Assembly (NCBI RefSeq): GCF_006345805.1
Contig: NC_043012.1
Location: forward strand, 11,036,001-11,100,000
Direction of reading: 5' to 3'
DNA length: 64,000 bases
Origin: Octopus sinensis
Taxonomy: Eukaryota
Position 1 is the first letter of the stretch. Each line of letters begins with the position of its first letter. Under the pieces are notes generated by a model. That model was not told where the DNA came from. It saw only the letters and a list, made by a program, of their open reading frames with translations, and did no database searches. Positions 38,801 to 53,800 of this stretch are shown here, in pieces. The translations under genes were made by a program, and so were the position numbers.

Positions 38801-41800
38801 GCAAAAAAATTCCGCCGCTTGACCACGCGATGGTCTTGCTACTCCTCACCATCCTCTATTTGCTCCATATCATCGTAAAACGATGGGGTTATCCCTACAG
38901 ATTGTGCCCGGAGACATAGACCACTGACTGTCAACTTTGGGGTCCGGAACTCTAGTGGGAAAAAATTTCGCTCGTTGCCCACGCGATGGTCATGCCACTC
39001 CTCACCAGCCTCTATTTGCTCCATATCTTGGTAAGACGATGGGGTTATCCCTACAGATTGTGTCCGGAGACTAAGACGACTGACTGTCAACTTTGGGGTC
39101 CGGAACTCTAGTGGGAAAAAATTTCGCCCCTTAACCACGCGATGGTCTTGCCACACCTCACCAGCCTCTATTTGCTCCATATCATCATAAGACGATGGGG
39201 TTAGCCCTACAGATTGTTCCCGGAGACTAAGACCACTGACTGTCAAAATTGGGGTCCGGAACTCTAGTGGGAAAAAAATTTCGCCCCTTGCCCACGCGAT
39301 GGTCTTGCCACTCCTCACCAGCCTCTATTTGCTCCATATCATCGTAAGACGATGGGGTTATGCCTACAGATTTTGCCCGGAGCCTAAGACCACTGACTGT
39401 CAACTTAGGGCTCCGGAACTCTAGTAGGAAAAAAATTTCGCCTCTTGCCCACGCGATGGTCATGCCACTCCTCACCAGCCTCTATTTGCTCCATATCTTC
39501 GTAAGACGATGGACTTATCCCTACAGATTGTGTCTGGAGACTAGGACCACTGACTGTGAAATTTGGGGTCCGGAACTCTAGTGGGAAAAAAATTTCGCCC
39601 CTTGCCCACGCGATGGTCTTGCCACACCTTACCAGCCTCTATTTGCTCCATATCATCATAAGACGATGGGGATAGCCCTACAGATTGTGCCCGGAGACTA
39701 AGACCACTGAATGGCAACTTTGGGGTCCGGGACTCTAGTGCGAAAAAAGTTTCGCCCCTTGCCCGAGCGATGGTCTTGCCACTCCTCACTCCCCGCTATT
39801 TGCTCCATATCATCGTAAGACGATGGGGTTATCCCTACAGATTGTGCACGGAGCCTAAGACCACTGACTGTCAACTTAGGGCTCCGGAACTCTAGTGGCA
39901 AAAAAATTTCGCCTCTTGCCCACGCGATGGTCATGCCACTCCTCACCAGCCTCTATTTGCTCCATATCTTCGTAAGACGATGGAGTTATCCCTACAGATT
40001 GTGTCCGGAGACTAAGACCACTGACTGTCAAATTTGGGGTCCGGAACTCTAGTGGGAAAAAAATTTCGCCCCTTGCCCACGCGATGGTCTTGCCACACCT
40101 CACCAGCCTCTATTTGCTCCATATCATCATAAGACGATGGGGTTAGCCCTACAGATTGTGCCCGGAGACAAAGACCACTGACTGTCAACTTTGGGATCCG
40201 GAACATTAGCGGGAAAAAAATTTCGCCCCTTGACCACGCGATGGTCTTGCTACTCCTCACCATCCTCTATTTGCTCCATATCATCGTAAAACGATGGGGT
40301 TATCCCTACAGATTGTGCCCGGAGACATAGACCACTGACTGTCAACTTTGGGGTCCGGAACTCTAGTGGGAAAAAATTTCGCCCGTTGCCCACGCGATGG
40401 TCATGCCACTCCTCACCAGCCTCTATTTGCTCCATATCTTGGTAAGACGATGGGGTTATCCCTACAGATTGTGTCCGGAGACTAAGACCACTGACTGTCA
40501 ACTTTGGGGTCCGGAACTCTAGTGGGAAAAAAATTTCGCCCCTTAACCACGCGATGGTCTTGCCACACCTCACCAGCCTCTATTTGCTCCATATCATCAT
40601 AAGACGATGGGGTTAGCCCTACAGATTGTTCCCGGAGACTAAGACCACTGACTGTCAAAATTGGGGTCCGGAACTCTAGTGGGAAAAAAATTTCGCCCCT
40701 TCCCCACGCGATGGTCTTGCCACTCCTCACTAGCCTCTATTTGCTCCATATCATCGTAAGACGATGGGGTTATCCCTACAGATTTTGCCCGGAGCCTAAG
40801 ACCACTGAATGTCAACTTAGGGCTCCGGAACTCTAGTGGGAAAAAAATTTCGCCTCTTGCCCACGCGATGGTCATGCCACTCCTCACCAGCCTCTATTTG
40901 CTCCATATCTTCGTAAGACGATGGAGTTATCCCTACAGATTGTGTCCGGAGACTAAGACCACTGACTGTGAAATTTGGGGTCCGGAACTCTAGTGGGAAA
41001 AAAATTTCGCCCCTTGCCCACGCGATGGTCTTGCCACACCTTACCAGCCTCTATTTGCTCCATATCATCATAAGACGATGGGGATAGCCCTACAGATTGT
41101 GCCCGGAGACATAGACCACTGACTGTCAACTTTGGGGTCCGGAACTCTAGTGCGAAAAAAATTTCGCCCCTTGCCCACGCGATAGACTTGCCACTCCTCA
41201 CCAGCCTCTATTTGCTCCATATCATCGTAAGAAGATGGGGGTTATCCCTACAGATTGTGCCCGGAGACTAAAATCACTGACTGTAAAATTTTGGGGTCCG
41301 GAACTCTAGTGGGAAAAAATTTCGCCCCTTGACCACGCGATGGTCTTGCCACTCCTCACTAGCCACTATTTGCTCCATATCATCGTAAGACGGTGGGGTT
41401 ATCCCTACAGATTGTGCCCGGAGACATAGACCACTGACTGTCAACTTTGGGGTCCGGAACTATAATGGGAAAAGAATTTCGCCCGTTGCCCACGCGATGG
41501 TCATGCCACTCCTCACCAGCCTCTATTTGCTCCATATCTTGGTAAGACGATGGGGTTATCCCTACAGATTGCGTCCGGATACTAAGACCACTTACTGTCA
41601 ACTTTGGGGTCCGGAACTCTAGTGGGAAAAAAATTTCGCCCCTTGCCCGAGCGATGGTCTTGCCACTCCTCACTCCCCTCTATTTGCTCCATATCATCGT
41701 AAGACGATGGGGTTATCACTACAGATTGTGCCCGGAGCCTAAGACCACTGACTGTCAACTTAGGGTTCCGGAACTCCAGTGCGAAAAAAATTTCGCCTCT

Positions 41801-44800
41801 TGCCCACGCGATGGTCATGCCACTCCTCACCAGCCTCTATATGCTCCATATCTTCGTAAGACGATGGAGTTATCCCTAAAGATTGTGTCCGGAGACTAAG
41901 ACCACGGACTGTCAAATTTGGGGTCCGGAACTCTAGTCCGAAAAAAATTTCGGCCCTTGCCAACGCGATGGTCTTGCCACACCTCACCAGCCTCTATTTG
42001 CTCCATATCATCATAAGACGATGGGGTTAGCCCTACAGATTGTGCCCGGAGACTAAGACCAATGACTGTCAACTTTGGGATCCGGAACATTACCGCGAAA
42101 AAAATTTGGCCCCTTGCCCACGCGATGGTCTTGCTACTCCTCACCATCCTCTATTTGCTCCATATCATCGTAAGACGATGGGGTTATCCCTACAGATTGT
42201 GTCCGGAGACATAGACCACTGACTGTCAACTTTGGGCTCCGGAACTCTAGTGGGAAAAAAATTTCGGCCGTTGCCCACGCGATGGTCATGCCAATCCTCA
42301 CCAGCCTCTATTTGCTCCATATCTAGGTAAGACGATGGGGTTATCCCTACAGATTGCGTCCGGAGACTAAGACGACTGACTGTCAAATTTGGGGTCCGGA
42401 ACTCTAGTGGCAAAAAATTTGACCCCTTGCCCACGCGATGGTCTTGCCACACCTTACCAGCCTCTATTTGCTCCATATCATCATAAGACGATAGGGATAG
42501 CCCTACAGATTGTGCCCGGAGACTAAGACCACTGAATGTCAACTTTGGGGCCCGGAACTCTAGTGCGAAAAAAATTTCGCCCCTTGCCCACGCGATAGAC
42601 TTGCCACTCCTCACCAGCCTCTATTTGCTCCATATCATCGTAAGAAGATGGGGGTTATCCCTACAGATTGTGACCGGAGAATAAGACCACTGACTGTCCA
42701 CTTTGGGGTCCGGAACACTAGTGGCAAAAAAATTTCGGCCGTTGCCTAGGCGATGGTCATGCCACTCCTCACCAGCCTCTATTTGCTCCATATCTTGGTA
42801 AGACGATGGGGTTATCCCTAGAGTTTGTGTCCGGAGAATAAGACCAGTGACTGTCAACTTTGGGGTCCAGAAATTTAGTGAGAAAAAAATTTCGCCCCTA
42901 AAACCACGCGATGGTCTTGCCACACCTCACCAGCCTCTACTTGCTCCATATCATCATAAGACGATGGGATTAGCCCTAGAGATTGTGCCCGGAGACAAAG
43001 ACCACTGAATGTCAACTTTGGGGTCCGGACCTGTAGTGGGAAAAAAATTTGGCCCCTTGCCCACGCGATGGTCTTGCCACTCCTCACTAGCCTCTATTTG
43101 CTCCATATCATCATAAGACGATGGGGTTAGCCCTACAGATTGTGCCCGGAGACTAAGACCACTGAATGTCAACTTTGGGATCCGGAACATTAGCGGCAAA
43201 AAAATTTCGCCCCTTGCCCACGCGATGGTCTTGCTACTCCTCACCATCCTCTATTTGCTCCATATCATCGTTAGACGATGGGGTTATCCCTACAGATTGT
43301 GCCCGGAGACATAGACCACTGACTGTCAACTTTGGGGTCCGGAACTCTAGTGCGAAAAAAATTTCGCCCCTTGCCCACGCGATGGTCTTGCCACTCCTCA
43401 CCATCCTCTATTTGCTCCATATCTTGGTAAGACGATGGTGTTATCCCTACAGATTGTGCCCGAAGACTAAGACGACTGACTGTCAACTTTGGGGTCCGGA
43501 ACTCTAGAGGGAAAAAAATTTCGCCCTTGCCCACGCGATGGCCTTGCCACACCTCACCAGCCTCTATTTGCTCCATATCATCATAAGACGATGGGGTTAG
43601 CCCTACAGATTGTGCCGGAGACTAAGACCACTGACTGTCAACTTTGGGGTCCGGAACTCTAGTGGGAAAAAATTTCGCCCCTCCCCACGCGATGGTCTTG
43701 CCACTCCTCACTAGCCTCTATTTGCTCCATATCATCGTAAGACGATGGGGTTATCCCTACAGATTGTGCCCGGAGCCTAAGACCACTGACTGTCAATTTA
43801 GTGCTCCGGAACTCTAGTGGGAAAAAAATTCGCCTCTTACCCACGCGATAGACTTGCCACTCCTCACAAGCCTCTATTTGCTCCATATCATCGTAAGAAG
43901 ATGGGGGTTATCCCTACAGATTGTGACCGGAGAATAAGACCACTGACTGTCCAATTTGGGGTCCGGAACACTAGTGGGAAAAAATTTCGCCACTTGCCCA
44001 CGCGATGGTCTTGCCACTCCTCACTAGCCTCTATTTGCTCCATATCTTGGTAAGACGATGGGGTTATCCCTAGAGACTGTGTCCGGGGAATAAGAACAGT
44101 GACTGTCAACTTTGTGGTCCAGCACTTTAGTGGGAAAAAATTTCGCCCCTAAAACCACGCGATGGTCTTGCCAACCTCACCAGCCTCTACTTGCTCCATA
44201 TCATCATAAGACGATGGATTAGCCCTAGAGATTGTGCCCGGAGACTAAGACCACTGACTGTCAACTTTGGGGTCCGGAACTGTAGTACGAAAAAAATTTG
44301 GCCCCTTGCCCACGCGATGGTCTTGCCACTCCTCACTAGCCTCTATTTGCTCCATATCATCATAAGACGATGAGGTTTGCCCTACAGATTGTGCCCAGAG
44401 ACGAAGACAACTGACTGTCAACTTTGGGGTCCGGAACTCTAGTGGCAAAAAATTTCGCCCCTTGCCCACGCGATGGTCTTGCCACACCTCACCAGCCCCT
44501 ATTTGCTCCATATCATCATAAGGCGATGGGGTTAGCTCTACAGATTGTGCCCGGAGACTAAAACCACTGAATGTAAACTTTGGGATCCGGAACATTAGCG
44601 GCAAAAAAATTTCGCCCCTTGCCCACGCGATGGTCTTGCTACTCCTCACCAGCCTCTATTTGCTCCATATCATCGTAAGACGATGGGGTTATCCCTACAG
44701 ATTGTGCCCGGAGACATAGACCACTGACTGTCAAATTTGGGGTCCGGAACTCTAGTGGGAAAAAAATTTCGCCCCTTGCCCACGCGATGGTCTTGCCACT

Positions 44801-47800
44801 CCTCACTAGCCTCTATTTGCTCCATATCATCGTAAGACGATGGGGTTATCCCTAAAGATTGTGCCCGAAGACTAAGACCACTGACTGTCAACTTTGGGGT
44901 CCGGAACTCTAGTGGGAAAAAAATTTCGCCTCTTGCCCACGCGATGTTCTTGCCACATCTCACCAGCCTCTATTTGCTCCATATCATCATAAGACGATGG
45001 GGTTAGCCCTACAGATTGTGCCGGAGACTAAGACCACTGACTGTCAACTTTGGGGTCCGGAACTCTAGTGGAAAAAAATTTCGCCCCTTGCCCACGCGAT
45101 GGTCTTGCCACTCCTCACCAGCCTCTATTTGCTCCATATCATCGTAAGACGATGGGGTTATCCCTACAGATTGTGCCCGGAGACTAAAATAACTGACTGT
45201 CAAATTTGGGGTCCGGAACTCTAGTGGGAAAAAATTTCGCCCCTTGACCACGCGATGGTCTTGCCACACCTCACCAGCCTCTATTTGCTCCATATCATCA
45301 TAAGACGATGGGGTTAGCCCCACAGATTGGGCCCGGAGAATAAGACCACTGAATGTCAAATTTGGGATCCGGAACTCTAGTGGGAAAAAAATTTCGCCCC
45401 TTGCCCACGCGATTGTCTTGCCACACCTCACCACCCTCTATTTGCTCCATATCATCGTAAGACGATGGGGTTATCCCTACAGATTGTGCCCGGAGACATA
45501 GACCACTGACTGTCAAATTTGGGGTCCGGAACTCTAGTGGGAAAAAATTTCGCCCCTTGCCCACGCGATGGTCTTGCCACTCCTCACTAGCCTCTATTTG
45601 CTCCATATCATCGTAAGACGATGGGGTTATCCCTACAGATTGTGCCCGGAGCCTAAGACCACTGACTGTCTACTTTGGGGTACGGAACTCTAGTGGGAAA
45701 AAAATTTCGCCCCTTGCCCACGCGATGGTCTTGCCACACCTCACCAGCCTCTATTTGCTCCGTATCATCATAAGACGATGTGGTTAGCCCCACAGATTGT
45801 GCCCGGAGACTAAGACCACTGACTGTCAACTTTGGGGTCTGGAACTCTAGTGGCAAAAAAATTGCGCCCCTTGCCCACGCGATGGTCTTGCCACTCCTCA
45901 CCAGCCTCTATTTGCTCCATATCATCGTAAGACGATGGGGTTATCCCTACAGATTGTGCCCGGAGACTAAAATAACTGACTGCAAAATTTTGGTCCGGAA
46001 CTCTAGTGGGAAAAAATTTCGCCCCTTCACCACGCGATGGTCTTGCCACTCCTCACTAGCCACTATTTGCTCCATATCATCGTAAGACGATGGGGTTATC
46101 CCTACAGATTGTGCCCGGAGACAGAGACCACTGACTGTCAACTTTGGGGTCCGGAACTCTAGTGGGAAAAAATTTCGCCCGTTGCCCACGCTATGGTCAT
46201 GCCACTCCTCACCAGCCTCTATTTGCTCCATATCTTGGTAAGACGATGGGGTTATCCCTACAGATTGAGTCCGGAGACTAAGACGACTGACTGTCAAATT
46301 TGGGGTCCGGAACTCTAGTGGGAAAAAACTTTCGCCCCTTGCCCACGCGATGGTCTTGCCACACCTCACCAGCCTCTATTTGCTCCATATCATCATAAGA
46401 CGATGGGGTTAGCCCCACAGATTGTGCCGGAGACTAAGACCACTGAATGTCAACTTTGGGGTCCGGAACTCTAGTGGGAAAAAAATTTCGCCCCTTGCCC
46501 ACGCGATGGTCTTGCCACACCTCACCAGCCTCTATTTGCTCCATATCATCATAAGACGATAGGGTTATCCCTACAGATTGTGCCCGGAGACTAAAATAAC
46601 TGACTGTAAAATTTTCGGGTCCGGAACTCTAGTGGGAAAAAATTTCGCCCCTTGACCACGCGATGGTCTTGCCACTCCTCACTAGCCACTATTTGCTCCA
46701 TATCACCGTAAGACGATAGGGTTAGCCCTACAGATTGTTCCCGGAGACTAAGTCCACTGACTGTCAACTTTGGAGTCCGGAACTCTAGTGGGAAAAAATT
46801 TCGCCCCTTCCCCACGCGATGGTCTTGCCACTCCTCACTAGCCTCTATTTGCTCCATATCATCGTAAGACGATGGGGTTATCCCTACAGATTGTGCCCGG
46901 AGCCTAAGACCACTGACTGTCAAATTAGGGCTCCGGAACTCTAGTGCGAAAAAAATTTCGCCCCTTGCCCACGCGATGGTCATGCCACTCCTCACCAGCC
47001 TCTATTTGCTCCATATCTTCGTAAGACGATGGAGTTATCCCTACAGATTGTGTCCGGAGACTAAGACCACTGACTGTCAAATTTGGGGTCCGGAACTCTA
47101 GTGGGAAAAAAACTCCGCCCCTTGCCCACGCGATGGTCTTGCCACACCTTACCAGCCTCTATTTGCTCCATATCATCATAAGACGATGGGGATAGCCCTA
47201 CAGATTGTGCCCGGAGACTAAGACCACTGAATGTCAACTTTGGGGTCCTGAACTCTAGTGCGAAAAAAATTTCGCCCCTTGCCCACGCGATAGACTTGCC
47301 ACTCCTCACCAGCCTCTATTTGCTCCATATCATCGTAAGAAGATGGGGTTTATCCCTACAGATTGTGACCGGAGAATAAGACCACTGACTGTCCACTTTG
47401 GGGTCCGGAACACTAGAGGGAAAAAAATTTCGGCCGTTGCCTAGGCGATGGTCATGCCACTCGTCACCAGCCTCTATTTGCTCCATATCTTGGTAAGACG
47501 ATGGGGTTATCCCTAGAGATTGTGTCCGGAGAATAAGACCAGTGACTGTCAAATTTGGGGTCCGGAACACTAGTGGTAAAAAATTTCGCCCCTAAACCAC
47601 GCGATGGTCTTGCCACACCTCACCAGACACTACTTGCTTCATATCATCATAAGACGATGGGATTAGCCCTACAGATTGTGCCCGGAGACTAAGACCACTG
47701 ACTGTCAACTTGGGGTCCGGAACTGTAGTGGGAAAAAAGTTGGCCCCTTGCCCACGCGAAGGTCTTGCCACTCCTCACTAGCCTCTATTTGCTCCATATC

Positions 47801-50800
47801 ATCATAAGACGATGGGGTTAGCCCCACAGATTGTGCCCGGAGACTAAAACCACTGAATGTCAAATTTGGGGTCCGGAACTCTAGTGCGAAAAAAATTTCG
47901 CCCCTTGCCCACGCGATTGTCTTGCCACACCTCACCAGCCTCTCTTTGCTCCATATCATCATAAGACGATGGGGTTATCCCTACAGATTGTGCCCGGAGT
48001 CATAGACCACTGATTGTCAAATTTGGGGTCCGGAACTCTAGTGGGAAAAAAATTTTGCCCGTTGCCCACGCGATGGTCATGCCACACCTCACTAGCCTCT
48101 ATTTGCTCCATATCTTGGTAAGACGATGGGGTTATCCCTACAGATTGTGCCAGGTGACAGAGACCACTGACTGTCAACTTTGGGGTCCAGAACTCTAGTG
48201 GGAAAAAAATTTCGCTCCTTGCCCACGCGATGGACTTGCCACTCCTCACTAGCCTCTATTTGCTCCATATCATCGTAAGACGATGGGGTTATCCCTACAG
48301 ATTGTGCCCGGAGACTAAGACCACTGACTGTCAAATTTGGGGTCCGGAACTCTAGTCCGAAAAAAATTTCGCCCCTTGCCCACGCGATGGTCTTGCCACT
48401 CCTCACCAGCCTCTATTTGCTCCATATCATCGTAAGACGATGAGGTTATCCCTACAGATTGTGCCCGGAGACTAAGACCACTGACTGTCAAATTTGGGGT
48501 CCGGAACTCTAGTGGGAAAAAATTTCGCCCCTTGCCCACGCGATGGTCTTCCCACTCATCACCAGCCTCTATTTACTCCATATCATCGTTAGACGATGTG
48601 GTTATCCCTACAGATTGTAACCGGAGAAGAAGACCACTGACTGTCAAATTTGGGGTCCGGAACTCTAGTGGGAAAAAATTTCGCCCCTTGCCCACGCGAT
48701 GGTCTTGCCACTCCTCACCAGCCTCTATTTGCTCCATATCATCGTAAGACGATGGGGTTATCCCTACAGATTGTGCCCGGAGACTAAAATAACTGACTGT
48801 AAATTTAGGGTCCGGAACTCTAGTGGGAAAAAATTTCGCCCCTTGACCACGCGATGGTCTTGCCACTCCTCACTAGCCACTATTTGCTCCATATCATCGT
48901 AAGACGATGGGGTTATCCCTACAGATTGTGCCCGGAGACAGAACCACTGACTGTCAACTTTGGGGTCCGGAACTCTAGTGGGAAAAAATTCGCGCCGTTG
49001 CCCACGCTATGGTCATGCCACTCCTCACCAGCCTCTATTTGCTCCATATCTTGGTAAGACGATGGGTTCCCTACCTACAGATTGTGTCCGAGACTAAACC
49101 ACTGACTGTCAACTTTGGGGTCCGGAACTGTAGTGGGAAAAAATTTGGCCCCTGCCCACGCGATGGTCTTGCCACTCCTCACTAGCCTCTATTTGCTCCA
49201 TATCATCATAAGACGATGGGGTTAGCCCCACAGATTGTGCCCGGAGACAAAACCACTGAATGTCAAATTTGGGGTCCGGAACTCTAGTGCGAAAAAATTT
49301 CGCCTCTTGCCCACGCGATGGTCATGCCACTCCTCACCAGCCTCTATTTGCTCCATATCTTCGTAAGACGATGGGTTATCCCTACAGATTGTGTCCGGAG
49401 ACTAAGACCACTGACTGTCAAATTTGGGGTCCGGAACTCTAGTGGGAAAAAATTTCGCCCCTTGCCACGCGATGGTCTTGCCACACCTTACCAGCCTCTA
49501 TTTGCTCCATATCATCATAAGACGATGGGGATAGCCCTACAGATTGTGCCCGAGACTAAGACCACAGACTGTCAACTTTGGGGTCCGGAACTCTAGTGCG
49601 AAAAAATTTCGCCCCTTGCCCACGCGATAGTCTTGCCACTCCTCACCAGCCTCTATTTGCTCCATATCATCGTAAGAATGGGGGTTATCCTACAGATTGT
49701 GACCGGAGAATAAGACCACTGACTGTCCACTTTGGGGTCCGGAACACTAGTGCGAAAAAAATTTCGGCCGTTGCCTAGGCGATGGTCATGCCACTCCTCA
49801 CCAGCCTCTATTTGCTCCATATCTTGGTAAGACGATGGGTTATCCCTACAGATTGTGTCCGGAGAATAGACCAGTGACTGTCAACTTTGGGGTCCGGAAC
49901 TCTACTGGGAAAAAAATTTCGCCCTAAAACCACGCGATGGTCTTGCCACACCTCACCAGCCTCTATTTGCTCCATATCATCATAAGACGATGGGATTAGC
50001 CCTACAGATTGTGCCCGGAGACTAAGACCACTGACTGTCAACTTTGGGGTCCGGAACTGTAGTGGCAAAAAAATTTGGCCCCTTGCCCACGCGATGGTCT
50101 TGCCACTCCTCACTACCTCTATTTGCTCCATATCATCATAAGACGATGGGGTTAGCCCTACAGATTGTGCCCGGAGACTAAGACCACTGAATGTCAACTT
50201 TGGGGTCCGGAACTCTAGTGGGAAAAAATTTCGCCCCTTGCCCACGCGATGGTCTTGCCACTCCTCACCAGCCTCTATTTGCTCCATATCATCGTAAGAC
50301 GATGGGGTTATCCCTACAGATTGTGCCCGGAGACTAAGACCACTGACTGTCAACTTTGGGGTCCGGAACTCTAGTGGGAAAAAATTTCGCCCGTTGCCCA
50401 CGCGATGGTAATGCCACACCTCACTACAGCTCTATTTGCTCCATATCTTGGTAAGACGATGGGGTTATCCCTACAGATTGTGCCAGGAGACAGAGACCAC
50501 TGACTGTCAACTTTGGGTCCGGAACTCTAGTGGGAAAAAATTTCGCTCCTTGCCCACGCGATGGTCTTGCCACTCCTACTAGCCTCTCTACTTGCTCCAT
50601 ATCATCGTAAGACGATGGGGTTATCCCTACAGATTGTGCCCGGAGACTAAGACCACTGACTGTCAAATTTGGGGTATGGACTCTAGTGGCGAAAAAATTT
50701 CGCCCCTTGCCCAAGTGATGGTCTTGCCACACCTCACCAGCCTCTATTTGCTCCATATCATAAGACGATGGGGTTAGCCCTACAGATTGTGCCGGAGACT

Positions 50801-53800
50801 AAGACCACTGAATGTCAACTTGGGGTCCGGAACTCTAGTGGGAAAAAATTTTTGCCCCTTGCCCACGCGATGGTCTTGCCACCCTCACCAGCCTCTATTT
50901 GCTCCATATCATCATAAGACGATGGGTTATCCCTACAGATTGTGCCGGAGACTAAGACCACTGACTGTCAACTTTGGGGTCCGGAACTCTAGTGGGAAAA
51001 AAATTTCGCACCTTGCCCACGCGATGGTCTTGCCACACCTCACCTGCCTCTATTTGCTCCATATCATCATAAGACGATGGGGTTAGCCCTACAGATTGTG
51101 CCCGGAGACTAAAACCACTGACTGTCAACTTTGGGGTCCGGAACTCTAGTGGGAAAAAAATTACGCCCCTTAAACACGCGATGGTCTTGCCACACCTCAC
51201 CAGCCTCTATTTGCTCCTATCATCATAAGACGATGGGGTTATCCCTACAGATTGTGCCCGGAGACTAAGACCACTGACTGTCAACTTTGGGGTCCGGAAC
51301 TCTAGTGCGAAAAAAATTTCGCCCCTTGCCCACGCGATGGTCTTGCCACTCCTCACTAGCCTCTATTTGCTCCATATCATCGTAAGACGATGGGGTTATC
51401 CCTACAGATTGTGCCCGGAGCCTAAGACAACTGACTGTCAACGTAGGGCTCCGGACCTCTAGTGGGAAAAAAATTTCGCCCCTTGCCCACGCGATGGTCA
51501 TGCCACTCCTCACCAGCCTCTATTTGCTCCATATCTTCGTAAGACGATGGAGTTATCCCTACAGATTGTGTCCGGAGACTAAGACCACTGACTGTCAAAT
51601 TTGGGGTCCGGAACTCTAGTGGGAAAAAATTTCGCCCCTTGCCCACGCGATTGTCTTGCCACACCTCACCAGCCTCTATTTGCTCCATATCATCGTAAGA
51701 CGATGGGTTATCCCTACAGATTGTGCCGGAGACATAGACCACTGACTGTCAAATTTGGGGTCCGGAACTCTAGTGGGAAAAAATTCGCCCGTTGCCCACG
51801 CGATGGTAATGCCACACCTCACTAGCCTCTATTTGCTCCATATCTTGGTAAGACGATGGGGTTATCCCTACAGATTGTGCCAGGAGACAGAGACCACTGA
51901 CTCTCAACTTTGGGGTCCGGAACTCTAGTGGGAAAAAAATTTCGCTCCTTGCCCACGCGATGGTCTTACCACTCCTAACTAGCCTCTACTTGCTCCATAT
52001 CATCGTAAGACGATGGGGTTATCCCTACAGATTGTGCCCGGAGACTAAGACCACTGACTGTCAACTTTGGGGTCCGGAACTGTAGTGGGAAAAAAATTTG
52101 TCCCCTTGCCCACGCGATGGTCATGCCACTCCTCACTAGCCTCAATTTGCTCCATATCATCATAAGACGATGAGGTTAGCCCTACAGATTGTGCCCAGAG
52201 ACGAAGACCATTGACTCTGAACTTTGCGGTCCGGAACTCTAGTGGGAAAAAATTTCGCCCCTTGCCCACGCGATGGTCTTGCCACACCTCACCAGCCTCT
52301 ATTTGCTCTATATCATCATAAGACGATGGGGTTAGCCCTACAGATTGACCCGGAGACTAAAACCACTGACTGTCAACTTTGGGTCCGGAACATTAGCGCC
52401 AAAAAAATTCGCCCCTTGCCCACGCGATGGTCTTGCCACACCTCACCAGCCTCTATTTGCTCCATATCATCGTAAGACGATGGGGTTATTCATACAGATT
52501 GTGACCGGAGAAAAAGACCACTGACTGTCAACTTTGGGGTCCGGAACTCTAGTGGGAAAAAATTTGGCCCGTTGCCCAGCGATGGTCATGCCACACATCA
52601 CCAGCCTCTATTTGCTCCATATCTTGGTAAGACGATGGGGTTATCCCAACAGATTGTGTCCGGAGACTAAGACCACTGACTAAAACTTGGTGTCCGGAAC
52701 TCTAGTGGCAATAAATTTCGCCCCTTAATGACGCGATGGTCTTGTCACACCTCACCAGCCTCTATTTGCTCCATATCATCATAAGACGTTGGGGTTTTCC
52801 CTATAGATTGGGTCCGAAGACTAAGACCACTGACTGTCAACTTTGGGGTCCGAAACTCTAATGGGAAAAAATTTTCGCCCCTTGCCCACGCGATGGTCTT
52901 GCCACTCCTCACCAGCCTCTATTTGCTCCATTACATCGTAAGACGATGGGGTTATCCCTACAGATTGTGCCCGGAGACTAAAACCACTGACTGTCAAATT
53001 TTGGGTCCGGACTCTAGTGGGAAAAAATTTCGCCCCTTGCCCACGCGATGGTTTTGCCACTCCTCACTAGCCTCTATTTGCTCCATATCATCATAAGACG
53101 ATGAGGTTAGCCCTACAGATTCTGCCCGGAGACGAAGACCACTGACTGTCAAATTTGGGGTCCGGAACTCTAGTGGGAAATAATTTTCGCCCCTTAACCA
53201 CGCGATGGTCTTGCCACACCTCACCAGCCTCTATTTGCTCCGTATCATCATAAGACGATGGGGTTAGCCCACAGATTGTGCCCGGAGTCTAAGACCACTG
53301 ACTGTCATCTTTGGGGTCCGGAACTCTAGTGGAAAACAATTTTCGCCATTTGCACACGCGATGGTCTTGCCACTCGTCACTAGCCTCTATTTGCTCCATA
53401 TCATCGTAAGACGATGGGGTTATCCCTACAGATTGTGCCCGGAGCCTAAGACCATTGACTGTCAACTTAGGGCTCCGAACTCTAGTGGGAAAAATTTCGC
53501 CTCTTGCGCACGCGATGGTCATGCACTCCTCACCAGCCTCTATTTGCTCCATATCTTCGTAAGACGATGGAGTTATCCCTACAGATTGTGTCCGGAGACT
53601 AAGACCACTGACTGTCAATTTGGGGTCCAGAACTCTAGTGGGAAAAAAATTTCGCCCCTTGCCCACGCGATGGTCATGCCACACCTCACCAGCCTCTATT
53701 TGCTCCATATCATCATAAGACGATGGAGTTATCCCTACAGATTGTGTCCGGAGACTAAGACCACTGACTGTCAATTTGGGGTCCAGAACTCTAGTGGGAA

